In this document: positions 52,483 through 64,000 of the stretch, piece by piece
Position numbering within the stretch: position 1 is the stretch's first letter
How the letters are laid out: the number at the start of each line of letters is the position of its first letter
DNA from: Camelus dromedarius
Lineage: Eukaryota
Direction: 5' to 3'
DNA: 64,000 nucleotides
NCBI RefSeq assembly: GCF_036321535.1
Contig: NC_087437.1
Location: 68,574,001 to 68,638,000, forward strand
The notes under the pieces: model-generated
What the model saw: the letters and a program-made list of their open reading frames with translations, nothing else
What the model was told of the DNA's origin: nothing
Databases searched by the model: none
Program-made: the position numbers and the translations under genes

Positions 52483-53210
52483 TATCACCTCACACCAATC
52501 AGAAGAGCTGTTATTAAAAGGCCCACAAATCATAAATGCTGAGCAGGGTGTAGAGAAAGGGGAACCCTCCTACACTGTTGGTGGGAATGTAGTTTGGTGC
52601 AGCCATTATGAAAAACAGTATGGAAATTCCTTAAAAAACTAAAAAATAGATTTACTGTATGATCTAGCAATCCCACACCTGGGCATATATCCAGGGGAAC
52701 TCTAAATCAAAAGATGCATGCACCCCAGTGTTCGTAACAGCACTATTTACAATAGCCAAGACATAGCTACCTAAATGTCCATTGATAGATGACTGGATAA
52801 AGAAGTTGTGGTATATTTATATGATGGAATACTACTCATCCATAAAAAGAATGAAACAATGCCATTTGCAGCAACATGGATGGACTTGGATATTGTTAAA
52901 CAAACTGAAGCCAGAAGGAGAAAGAAAAATACCATATGATATCACTCATATGTGGACTATAAAAAGGAAAAAAATGACACAAATGAACTTATTTTCAAAA
53001 CAGACTCACAGACGGAAAACAAGCTTATGGCTACCAGGCGGGGATGGGGGATAAATTGTGGATAAATTGGGGGTTTGGGATTTGCAGATACTAACTACTA
53101 TATATCAAATAGATAAACAACAAGGTCCTATTGTATAGCACAGGGGACTATATTCAACACCTTGTGATAACCTATAAGGAAAAAGAATATGAAAAGGAAT
53201 ATATACAGAG
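52483..53210 (+). mobile_element. Relatively young L1 ORF2 end/3'UTR (camelid type)
   Basis: tatcacctcacaccaatcagaa...ggaaccctcctacactgttggtgggaatgtagtttggtgcagcc...tttgcagatactaactactatatat. Confidence 0.92.
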
Positions 53211-54618
53211 AGCAAAGAATGTTGTATATATATATATCAAACTCTTTTATATCCTGATTTTGGATAGTGAGAGTTGGCGTAACTAGGGGAAAAGAGTTTG
53301 TGGCTTTATGCTATTCCTTTAGTTTTACTTGAAGATGTTTCAAAATACAAATCAGCCCTAATTTCTCACCAGGTGTATAGCTGTAAGGGCCCAAGTATTT
53401 ATGATACAGCCTGAAATTGCAATCATCTCTTTAGCTCATAGTTTAATTGCACTGGAAAATTCACTGTCTTAATAGAGTTATAAGCAGTGCACATGGATTA
53501 TGAATTTATGTACATGGATTATGGTTTTATGCATCTGAGGAAGGAAAAGGCACAGATGGTTGGGCTCTATAAACTACTTCATTGGTGTATCACATAAGCA
53601 CAGGTACAATTCAGGCAGGTGAAAAAAAAGAGAGGAAAAAAAGATGTGCAGATAAATTCATTGGATTCTGACACTGCAATAGGACATTAGCTTTTGAACT
53701 TTTTTCCTGTTGTTCTGTTGTGGAAATAGAAGCATATCTTCTTGTGTTCCAGTTCTTTCCTGGATGAATGACACTCAAGCCAGGAGCCAGGGGGCAGCAA
53801 CTAAGAACCTCAATGAAAGTATTTGTAAGCACACATGGAGAACACATCTTCCTGAAGTTCACTGCAAGTGGGTGTACTATTTCAAGTGCATGAGGCGCTC
53901 ATATTGTCCTAAGAATTTCCTCTTGGCCTAAACGTGTATCATAGTGACCTCATGAGCGAGGGTAAAAGCCACCTATTAGGAAGAAAGTTAGAAATAAATT
54001 TCCACTTTTATAACCAGGAAGACGGGGGCAAAATAAGCTCAGAGTGATGTAACAGAAATTCACAAACTGTTTGGTAGAGTCAAATTGCAACTGAACTTCA
54101 CTATACCCTTGGCTGAAAAGAGAACTCTGACTGAGGATTGATTAAATCCAGTGTCTACACATTGCCTGGGGTTGCAGTTCATTTATAGAAAGAGCTTAGT
54201 TGGAGGAATAGAGATTCCTGTTCTTGAAATACCACTTAAAGTAGAAAGTTCATTAATGCTGAATTACTTAGAAAGTAGTCTCTTGGTTACTTGGTCTCCC
54301 CTGAGGCAATTTGCGTGTTTTGTAATTTAGGAATTAAGAGATTGGATGGTTTATAGGTAAAGGGGACAGTCAGGGAAACAGCAGCAGACTATTAAGCCAA
54401 GGCTGATCACTTCTGGAGGACTCACAGCTCTCACTGACCAACTGCCTCACTGGGGCAGTAGGCTACCCTTGTGGAAGTGCTTAGTGCCTGTTGAATTAAA
54501 CAAGCTTAAAACTACAGCAGGGAAGGTTCAGAGAAAGCCTGCGTTCACAGGAGTGGGTTCCTACCCTCACATGCACATACATGTCAGTTTTACGTGAAAA
54601 CACATAGCAGAGTCTAGC

Positions 54619-57600
54619 ATTCATTTATATCATCTACACACCTGCGTCCACTATCTGTCAGACATGAGGCCCTGGAGGTATAGTAGTGAAAGATGGCCCT
54701 TGTTGAGCTTTCATTGTAGTAGGGGAATTAACAAGTAAATTAAAACAGAAAATTAACAAGTAAAATAATATAGATAGGACATACATTTTAAGTAATAGGT
54801 GCTAGAAAGAAAAATAAAGCAGGAGAAAAGATTCTGACAGGTGAAAGGCTTGTCAGGGAAGGCCTCTTAATGAGCTGACACCCAGCCAGAGGAGTGAGCC
54901 ATGTAAATGTCTGGGAGAAGAACATTCTAGGCAGGAGAAGCAGCATGTGCAGTTGTCTTAGGTGAGGGTGAGCCTGACGTATTTGAGGACGACAGAAAGC
55001 CATTTTAGCAGGAATGGATAAATGAGAGGAACATTTCCAGCAAGTGAGTTTGGAGAGGTCAGCAGACGGCAGACCACACAGGGTCTTGTCCATGGTGTAG
55101 ATTCTAACCAAGGGAGTGATGTATACTGACTTAAAATACCATAGGAGGATAGGGGGCAAGAATGGACAAGACAAGACGAGTTAGTGGGGCTCCTAAAGTA
55201 GTTTAAGGGAAAAGTGGTAGCAGCTTGGGTGAGCCCTAGCTCTGGAGATGGCAAGAAGGGATACAAATTCCACATATTTTGAGAGGTCAACCACCAAGGC
55301 TTGCTGATGGATAGACTGTAGTTTGTGAGAGAATAAATGAATTAATAAAGATTTGTAAGTTTGGGCCTTAGCCAATGTACTATAGTAATTCCACTGTTAA
55401 GATTGGGGACACAGGGAAGGAATACATTTGAAACAAAGGAACATTAAGGGTTCTATTTTGGATATGTTAATTTTTATAACTTTTAGAAATCCAAGGAGAG
55501 ACGTGGAATAAGAAATTAAATACATATATCTGGAACTCAGAAGGTTTAGGGGCTAGAGGAGAAATTTTGGGATGGCATTTTAAAAATATTATTATGGAAA
55601 GAAATCTCAAAAATGTAATACAGAATATATAATGAGTTCAGAATTCCCATTACTTAGCTTTCCTAATTATCAACTCGTGGCCAATCTTATTTCATCCATA
55701 TCCCCACTACTTTCTTCTCTTTCGTATTATTTTGGAACAAACCCCAGATATCATTATAGTTTTATCAGTAAAATGCATGCATAAATCAGTATGTACATTG
55801 TTGATATTTAAAACCATGAGTCTAGACAAAGTTAGCTAGGGAAGATATAAATAGAGATGAGGTTTGAGTTTTGGACCATTACAAAATTCAGAGGTCAAGA
55901 AGAGAATCTAGCAAAGAAGACCGAGAAGAAGTTGACACTGAAATAGAAAGGAAACTAGGGGAATCTGCATCATGGGAGCAAAGTGAAAATAGTATTTCTG
56001 TTGTGCCAAATGCTGCTGAGAGGTGGCACGAGATAGGCACACATAATCAATCGACCAATGGATTTAACAAGGTGAACTTCATTGACAAGAGTGGTTTCCC
56101 TGAAATGATCAGGACAAAGCCTTGACTGGAACAGGTTGAACAGAGAATGGAAGATGTTGAATTTAGGCAGCAAATATAAGTAAGTCTTAGAGCTGATTTG
56201 TTGATCAGAAGAACAGAAATGGGGCAGAAGCTAGAAGGGGATATAGTGCCAAGGAGGAATTTTACTTTAATATCAAGGTACTATTCCATGTAAATATGCT
56301 GATAAAAATGATCTGCTATAGAGGAGAAAGTTGATGTAGGCCAGAAAGAGGACAAGTGCAAAGGAAAATCCATTAGTAGGTGAAAGGAAATGGCCTCCCG
56401 CATACAAGTGCAGGGGTTGGTCTCGGACAGAGTGGCAGCAGTTCATCAGTTTTAACAGGAGGAAAGGCAGGTATATAGACCCCAGGGCAGGCAGGTTAGT
56501 AAATGTGATTGAGGACAAGTGAGGATCTATTTTCTCAATTAATTATTGAGGACATCAGTTGATAATAAAGTAGGATTAGGTCTTACTGGGCATTTCAGGA
56601 GGAAAAGATGTGAAATATTCCTCTTAAAAAATAAGAGTAAACCGATTAGAAAATAATGTAGAGTTACCGGCAGGGTTGAAGTTCCACTTTAAGCATGTAA
56701 TCACAAATTAGAGTTGGTCCAGTCATCAGAGTTTGGTGTTTTTCTCTAAACTGCTCACAAACAGTAGTGGGATAAGGTGAAGGCTGGATTTTACCAACTA
56801 GAGTTTTGACATGTTGGAGAAAACCTAAGTTTAAGTTGATGTTGTTTGCAAGGAATTGCTTGTAGTGATGAGTCATGGTGTTTAAGCTCGGTATAAAAAA
56901 AAAAAAGGAAATGAAAATAGGATGAGGAGGAAGAGAGAAAGTGAAATGGTGATTAATGGATTGGCAGTTTCACTGTGGCCAAACAATTAGAGCAGCTGGG
57001 GAACTGGAATGAGTGACTTTAAAGACTAGGAAATGGAAACAGAGACCAGATTGATTAAAATCAAGATTTTGGAGTTGATTATAATAAGTGGAGGGAACAC
57101 CATGGGAATGGTTGGCTGAAGTTAGGGAAAACATCACTGGAAGTGAAAAGGACAAGAGATTGATAGCCCAGGGTGTTGGATTATCTACCTTTACGGTGAA
57201 CAGAACAGTAATTCAATTCAAGTCTATTCAAAGACAGCAAGTTTTAAATATTTTTAATGAAAGAAAGACCAGTTGATCAGTAGATAGTGTGATATGGTGA
57301 CACACTTCAAAGGCTCTGGAGTTACTGAGGGGGGAGGAAAGAGCTTGGTCTGGTGTGGCAATGAAGAGTATGAAGGAAGCCTACCCCGCCTCCAGGACAT
57401 GTTTTCAGGGGTGAGGATGAGCCATGGGAGAGCTCTCTCCTAAGATGGCTACAGGGGCATCTTTGATCTTGAGGAATATTTACATTTAAGTTAGGGCAAG
57501 TACAAGAAGAATATGGCCAGATAAGAAGTCGAGGACAAAGGGGAATTCACTGATGAGAAACTGACTATTCCAGTAGGCAACTGAAGTGTTTTGCAGGAGA

Positions 57601-57720
57601 GCTAAAAAGGGGCAGCAGTTTAGGTCAGATTATGGGTTTCACAGAGTTCCATGAGATTGAGTCCATGGGCTGATGAATAACTGGAGGTTTATACTTCTGC
57701 TGGTAGGTGCTGTAAGCAGG
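54619..57720 (-). mobile_element. Long L2 relic (about 3 kb)
   Basis: Purine-rich antisense L2 text: gggagaagaacattctaggcagg, gttctattttggatatgttaa, tgtgccaaatgctgctgagaggt, ggaggaggaaaagatgtgaaata-like segment. Confidence 0.75.
55580..55797 (-). mobile_element. L1MB/MC-type 3' end nested in the L2
   Basis: ttattatggaaa...aattatcaactcgtggccaatcttatttcatc...tattttggaacaaaccccagatatcat. Confidence 0.75.
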
Positions 57721-58349
57721 GATGAGAGCATGATGGGTTAATGCCGAATGATTATTTTTGTTGTCCTGTTCTTGAGGATAGTTAGCTAGTCACTGCATCC
57801 TTTCTTCTTAGGGTCAGTCTCTTAAGTAGTTTGTAGTGGTAAAGTGCTGGTTTCATAACTAGAAGAATGTGGCTTACCATAATCACATGGGGTTCGCTCA
57901 AATTCAAGAGCGGACAAAGATCTGTAAACCTATTTTATAGACTATGGCAGTCAGTGTCATGCCAAGGGGAGGGAAAGCTTTAGTTAATGTAGATAATCAA
58001 TAAATGGTCCCTTTCTTTCACTTTTGCTTTCTTCCCCATCCCAGAGAAATATCCTCAGGAAATGGGTATGATATAAAATTCACAGAGTCCCTCAATTAAC
58101 TAAGTTTTGTTAAAACAACACAATTTAAGACTGCCTTTCTCAATACACTGCAAAAGAATCATCATTGAAACTTCATGGAAATGCAACTTTCTCAGGCTCA
58201 GTCTCAAAAGTGCCATAGACCTGGAATGCATAGGCTCACCCCATGTTCTGTTTTGCCCAGAACAGTACAGTTTAGGTTTGTTAGCCCAGCATGATTATTT
58301 ATAGCAATCCCTTTCATTCTCAAAAATGTCCAGGTTTGAACAATCAAGT

Positions 58350-58457
58350 ATATAGTCACCCTAGGAATAGGATCTGGGGATCTTCATTTTAAACAAGTAT
58401 CCCAGGTGATTCTAATGCAAGTGGCATAAGGTCTATACTCAGAAACACCACTTTAAG
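58350..58457. mobile_element. MER5-like hAT-Charlie fragment
   Basis: cattttaaacaagtatcccaggtgattctaatgca...tactcagaaacaccacttta. Confidence 0.65.
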
Positions 58458-58684
58458 GGATGATGTAGTTTTCTCAGTTCTGGACATCATATCTTCTGAA
58501 TTAGTCAGGTATGATTTTTCCCAAGCCAAGACCCCTATGTTTAAAATTATCTGCAAGAGCCCATGGGCTGTATGGAAAAGGCAAATTGATTTATTCAAAT
58601 ATGACTGATCCTTACTCTGAAATGACGAAAATAAGTAATTTATGATATCAACTTCAGTGCACGCATGTGGGCGCACACACACGC

Positions 58685-58925
58685 TAACCCTGTTGAGTGG
58701 TATTTACCACGTCCCAGGCACTCATCTAAGCACTTTGCGTATAATTACCTCATGTAATCCTCAAAACCACACTGTGAGTTTCCATTAATGTTATTTTCAT
58801 TTTACAGTGGGGCACAGAAAAAGAAAACAACTCGTTCAAGATCACATAGCTGATACATGGTAGACCTTGGATTCAAAACCCGGCAGTCCAGCTCCCCACC
58901 CTATGCTCTTAACTGTTATGCAGTA
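58685..58925 (-). mobile_element. MIR
   Basis: ttaccacgtcccaggcactcatctaagcactttgcgtataattacctcatgtaatcctca...caagatcacatagct...ggattcaaaacccggcagtc. Confidence 0.85.
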
Positions 58926-60840
58926 TTACCACACAAACTCCTATGCTGGGGAAAATACCAATCCCTATTTCCTCCTTCCCGTAATCCTAGTGATAATCCT
59001 TAACCAGATAACCCACTTGTCCTCACTTTGTATCATCTCACTTCTTCTGATCTTCTTTGTGTCTCACTGAGTTCTTACCCGTGTTTTATTATGAGTAACA
59101 TTCAGGATCTCTGTTATTCGTAGATGTCCTTTGTCTTTTCATATGCAAAAGTCTACCAAATTACAGGTTTTCATCACTCTCAAATGCAACAAAAGTAGGG
59201 GGAAGGGTTGCATTCATTGACAGTTACTATCACCTACCTTGCTGAATTTTACATAATTTTCTTGTTCGGTCTTCACAACAATTCTCAGAGTGAGTTGTTT
59301 CGTCCAATTTTTAAAATAAGGAAAATGGAATTTACAGAGAGTAAGTAGTTTTTCCATGGAAATGGGAAGTAGTGGAACCAAGATTTAAACTCTGGGCTGT
59401 AAACCTGCAGGGTAAAATGATACACAGTGCTTTATTTTCACACCAGGGATGCCTTTATGCTTCTGTTTGGTTGGCCCTAATGCTCTTTCCTTGACTTAGG
59501 TTAATATTGGCCAAAGGAAGGCTCTCACTCCATTCTCTTTGGTGAAAAGAAACTGCTTTGATGAAGTCTGAGATGAAGAGAGTAATATTACAGATCCACT
59601 TTTCAGTAATATGGGAGGTGTTGCTATTTAACCATTTCACAGCCAGTGTGGTAGGACATCCTAGGTCCTTCTCATCAATCTAAAAATGCCTTATATTCTG
59701 AAATGTGCTCACCTATCCGTGGGTCTAACCTCTAGCAAAGGGAGATTATTAAAATGGCCACAAAGCTGAGAATTAATGGAAAAAAAAAATGGGACTCTTC
59801 CCTTGCCTGTTGGTGGATCTGTGTTCCAGGGACCACGATGAAGGACAGCACTGAAAACAGTAGCCTGCTTAGAGCTACTGCTTATCTCTCTGGTCCACGA
59901 CATATTTATCAAATGAGGATCAATTCATCAGCATCTTTAGAAAAGAAACTTCAGTAGAAAGTTGTAATAAGGTATGTTGTCACAATCAGGCCTATAGGAT
60001 GCCTAGGAAAAAAAAAGATAAAGGAAAAATCTGAACAAAATTGACTACAACAGCCAACGGCACAAAACAAGTCTCCCAGTAGTGACTGACCTTGGTACAG
60101 CCGGAGTTTCTAGGAGATTTTTAGCAAGGCTGAGTAACTGGATATAATGCTTCAAAGCCATGTGACAACCTGTTCCATCTTGTGTCTACATAATACCTAT
60201 CCTTTCATTTCCTAACTCCATATGGAGTCGTGTTTTCTTCATTGGGGAAGCCTAGATTCAAGGCAGCAGTGGTTTCTCTCTGAAAATGTATTAGAAAGTT
60301 GAGTAGACATAATATTCTTGCTGTTTGACAAAAAATGAGGTTAGTGAGTTTAATGCTGGGCAAGACCCCAAAGCCCCTGCAGAGAGTGTGTAGTTTGTCA
60401 GCCTTTCCTCTGCCCTTTCACCCAGTGCTGCTAACGCTTTCCTAGTCTAAGGCGAAGGCTTCAGAATGCCGTGTAGCTGTGTCTGTTCCAGGTGAGTGCC
60501 TATCTCAGCACTAAGCACACAGTGCATATTCATTCATGATTCGGATCAGTCCTGTGGCTGACAGATCGATTACTCACATGTTAGAAGTTTGAGGTCTAAA
60601 TAAGGTTTCCATGGTTGTCTGTAAAACCCGAGGACTTATGTCAGTCTCTCTAGTTTATAGTCACCTTAATGCAGTGGGAAATCTACTTGATGGATGGATA
60701 GACAGATGTACACATATATACAAGTATTACATATCTAAGCATATACATTCATGTGTTTTAATATATACAGTTATAATTACTATTAGTACACACTCAGTGA
60801 AATTAGGTAACCCAAACAAATAAAATTTAATTAAAATTTG

Positions 60841-60842
<2 letters not shown>

Positions 60843-60884
<42 letters not shown>
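60843..60884. repeat. (GT)n(GC)n microsatellite
   Basis: Directly visible alternating purine-pyrimidine run. Confidence 0.95.
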
Positions 60885-60885
<1 letters not shown>

Positions 60886-61055
60886 GGAAAATGACTAGGG
60901 ACTATATACCCCAATGCAGAAATTACTTCTCCATCTTTTGGACAAACCAATTCTCATTTCCTGAGGACTAGCACATGAAAAAAATGATCTGTTTGCTGAT
61001 GCTGACATTTTCTTATTTAACATTCAGTAATTTTTTAGATCTTAAAAATAGATGG

Positions 61056-61095
61056 ATATATATGTATACATATATAAATTCTGAGATATATATGA

Positions 61096-61109
<14 letters not shown>
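61056..61109. repeat. (TA)n-rich microsatellite
   Basis: Directly visible. Confidence 0.9.
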
Positions 61110-61131
<22 letters not shown>

Positions 61132-61629
61132 TGAAATTAGATGTTTACAAGAGGATGTGTCTGTTTATAACACTCAGTTATAAACTTAGTTTAGGCAAGT
61201 TAAAATTCTTCCGTACCTATTTTTATTTTCATGAACAGAAATTACACATATTATTCCCTGCACATGCTACGAGGATTTTAAAATAAACTGACTAGAATTC
61301 TCCATTCACCATTCAGTCCATATTAGATGTCTCAATAAAGTTTAGTTGATTGTAGCAAGCACAGGGGTTAATGGCGTTTTAGTACCATTACATTGTATAC
61401 CCAATGATAATTTCAAAACCCTGCAGAGATTTTTCTCAGGTTTCGACTGCAGTTCCCACTTACTTATATTTGGCACAAGGAAGAAAATAATCATTTCATG
61501 ACAATTCATGTCACAGTTCTATTTTAAGCACCAGGATGCAATCGAAAATGATCATCCTTTTATTGTTGTTTTTAGGATGAGACCAAGGCTGCTTCCTGTT
61601 AATCTGTTTATAAAATTTGCAACAACAAG

Positions 61630-61815
61630 TATGCTCTGAGTTACATTCCCAGTTTTGCCATTTACCAGCTGTGTGACCTTGAACAGGTTCTATAACCGTT
61701 GTATGCTTTGGATTTCCTATTTAGAAAGAGGTGGAGAGACAATGCATAATTTATAGGGATGATGTAGGATTAAGTGATGTGAAGTCTGTGAGTTTAGCAC
61801 AATCTCTGGCACGCT
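61630..61815 (+). mobile_element. MIR
   Basis: cccagttttgccatttaccagctgtgtgaccttgaacagg...taggattaagtga...tttagcacaatctctggcac. Confidence 0.8.
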
Positions 61816-64000
61816 GGCTTTTTTACAAACTTCCTGCGGCAGATGCAGAAGAGAATTTTAAGGCTTAAGGGGCCCGCGGATCCATTGACTACAACTCACT
61901 CATCTCACAGACGAGGTATTGAGGTATTGAAGGCCTCCAAGGATAAAGTAACCGACCCAGCTGGCTGGCCGCTGAGCCTTGGCATAAACACTGGACAGGA
62001 GCTCCTCATATCCCATTCATGGAGATTCCCAAGCACTAGTTCATCCATTAAATCAGGGCCATGGCCTCAAGTTTACTTTCTGGATTTCTGAATTTGGTGA
62101 TCCAGGAGTGTCTTGGCAGTGATGTGGGTTAAGGGAGAGAACATGGGTTTTGCGTTAGTTGCTAAGTGATTACGTCGCCTTCAGCTTTCCCTCTTGAATT
62201 CCCATCAGGACATTTGGCTCCATCCTTAGCTCTGAAACACAGATTTCCTGCCCTTTATTGCTCCCCTACTTTGTGACTTCCAGATAACATTACTCCATTC
62301 CTCAAGCAATTATTGAACACTTTCTGTATGCTCGATGCAACGCTAGGTTGAACCTTCCTCAAATCTCTGAAAAATCATGGTCTTTTTTTTCCTTCTAATT
62401 CCCAGTTGCATCTTCTTAGCCCTAAAGGTCTCTGAAACCCAGCACATTGTTCTCTCAGATTCTTGCCAGATAAATTATTTAAAAATTCTCGATCTGGGAA
62501 CATACCATCCTCATCATGACTGCTGAGTGAACAGCATATTTTGGAGGAAAACTAGTTCTCAAAGATCTTTTCCTACAAAAACTCCAAGTAGGCTCTTGTT
62601 ATGTGAAGATAAGATGAAGTGGGAAGAAGGAGAAATTGCTACTAAATATTAATTCAGAGTCTGGCTCCAGTTTGCATAAGAACTCAGCTGTTTTCTGTCC
62701 TGTTTCCCAGAAATCAATGAAGCAAAGTATCTCAGGATTGTCCTACTGACTAACTGGAATGAGCCAGAGTAGAGACCATGACCCAGGGACCAAGTCAATG
62801 TCACTTTTAGTCAGAGGACAGCAAAGCACATTCCAGAGACATGCTACTATGTGCTGCTAAGATTAAAGAAAACTCAAGTCCTAAAAATTCATGGAGGAAG
62901 ATGATTTTTAATGAAGATTTGTGTTTTTATTGGTGATTGATTACTGACCCAATTCATGAGGAGCCAGAACTTAGCTGCTAAGGAAAATGAGGAGACAAGC
63001 AAAAGCGTAACAGTATAAAATATTGTCCAAAATCACCTGAAGGGAAAATATTTTTAATCACAGAATTAAAATTGGATTAATTGTGTGTATTATTTTTAAT
63101 TACATATGCCAGCTTTTGGTATCGTGGTTCACAGAAGTTGGAGTCTTATAACAATTAAGCCAAAAAAAAATGTAGAAATGGCCCCTGACAAACCAGAATG
63201 AACAGTCTTTAGCCTGAATTATCTCGGCCATCTTGTATTTCTTGTAACTCTAAAAGTCAAACATTGAACCATATCTTGTAACTTGTACACTTTGGGGTGC
63301 CTGCGTGTGTGTGCTTGTCTTAGTCAGCTTCTTGTTACTGATGCCCAGAGGAAGAATAAGTGGTTTGAGAAGCAAGAGTGATATAGTACATCTCTCTTTG
63401 CTCTACCACAGTGAAGCTCTGTCAGCCTACACGGGAACTCTCTGAGCCTCAGTCTCCATATCTCTATTGTCTTGGAAACCCATCAATGTTCAGGGTATTT
63501 CAACTCCACATACCTATAAATGTGGTTCTATTTCAATAGGAGCCTGTCTTTCACTATCAGACTTTCCCACCTACTCATATGTAGCTGGGAAATATATAAA
63601 CTGAATGATAGAAATATAGTCACAATTTCCTCTTCTCTCTCCTCCAGGCTGTCGTTGGGGCAACAGCCCACAGGTGTCTGAAGTTTATTTGTTTTGTTTT
63701 GTTTGTTGTTCAAATGGGGAAATAGGATAAGGAGCAGAATTAAAAAGAGCCAAAAAAAGGAGAGATTGATTTAACAATCACAGCTTAAAGTGCTGTGGAA
63801 GAGGACTGGAGTATCAGGATGAGAGGGACGAATCAGCAAACTGATCACCCAGGGCTGGAGACTGCGGTGTGGAGGAGAGAGGAGCGTACTTTGTTAGTTG
63901 GATTGTTTGGAGAAACTGCTTGGAGGACTTCTTATCCTGAAAAGAATCTTCTGGCCATCTTTTGGATTCTCTCTTGTCAACACTTGAAATATTTTAATAA

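Noticed and set aside
52782..53054. Functional L1 ORF2
   Set aside because: Only a frameshifted C-terminal remnant of a 5'-truncated copy.
53491..53533. Short direct repeats (also 1820-1846, 8411-8436, 11951-11988, 54726-54766) as an array or CRISPR-like structure
   Set aside because: Two-copy slippage duplications of 14-25 bp with no spacer architecture, in eukaryotic DNA.
53784..53799. CTCF site (GAGCCAGGGGGCAGCA)
   Set aside because: The 3' half fits, but the conserved 5' CC positions do not; not supportable without a PWM score or ChIP data.
125..63713. All ORFs in the supplied six-frame track as protein-coding genes
   Set aside because: All are 60-128 aa, many start at GTG/TTG, and many lie in L1, L2, LTR or microsatellite sequence (CVCV, HTHT and IYIY runs). 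None shows a recognisable protein family.

Overview
AT-rich, CpG-depleted mammalian non-coding DNA (large intron or intergenic). It is probably camelid, judging by tRNA-Ala-derived SINEs carrying a CCTAATTACCTCCCC tail, artiodactyl-type L1 3' ends, and no recognisable Alu, Bov-A/B, PRE-1 or Can-SINE. I can support no protein-coding gene, RNA gene, CpG island or CRISPR. The supplied ORFs look like chance ORFs in repeats and microsatellites. Much of the window is interspersed repeat (L1, L2, L3/CR1, MIR, MLT1, ERV1, hAT). I found no previously undescribed system that I can support. The best leads are a ~134-bp polyadenylated insert of an unidentified transcript with a target-site duplication (TSD) inside an L2 (48976-49109), a CpG-retaining 54-nt candidate exon (22158-22211), a nested ERV1 remnant with a tRNA-Ser primer-binding site (PBS), a young intact solo LTR (23374-23826), three RFX X-boxes, and a cluster of TGACAGCTGT motifs. 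Repeat family names come from memory of consensus sequences. Boundaries are approximate unless a TSD is given.
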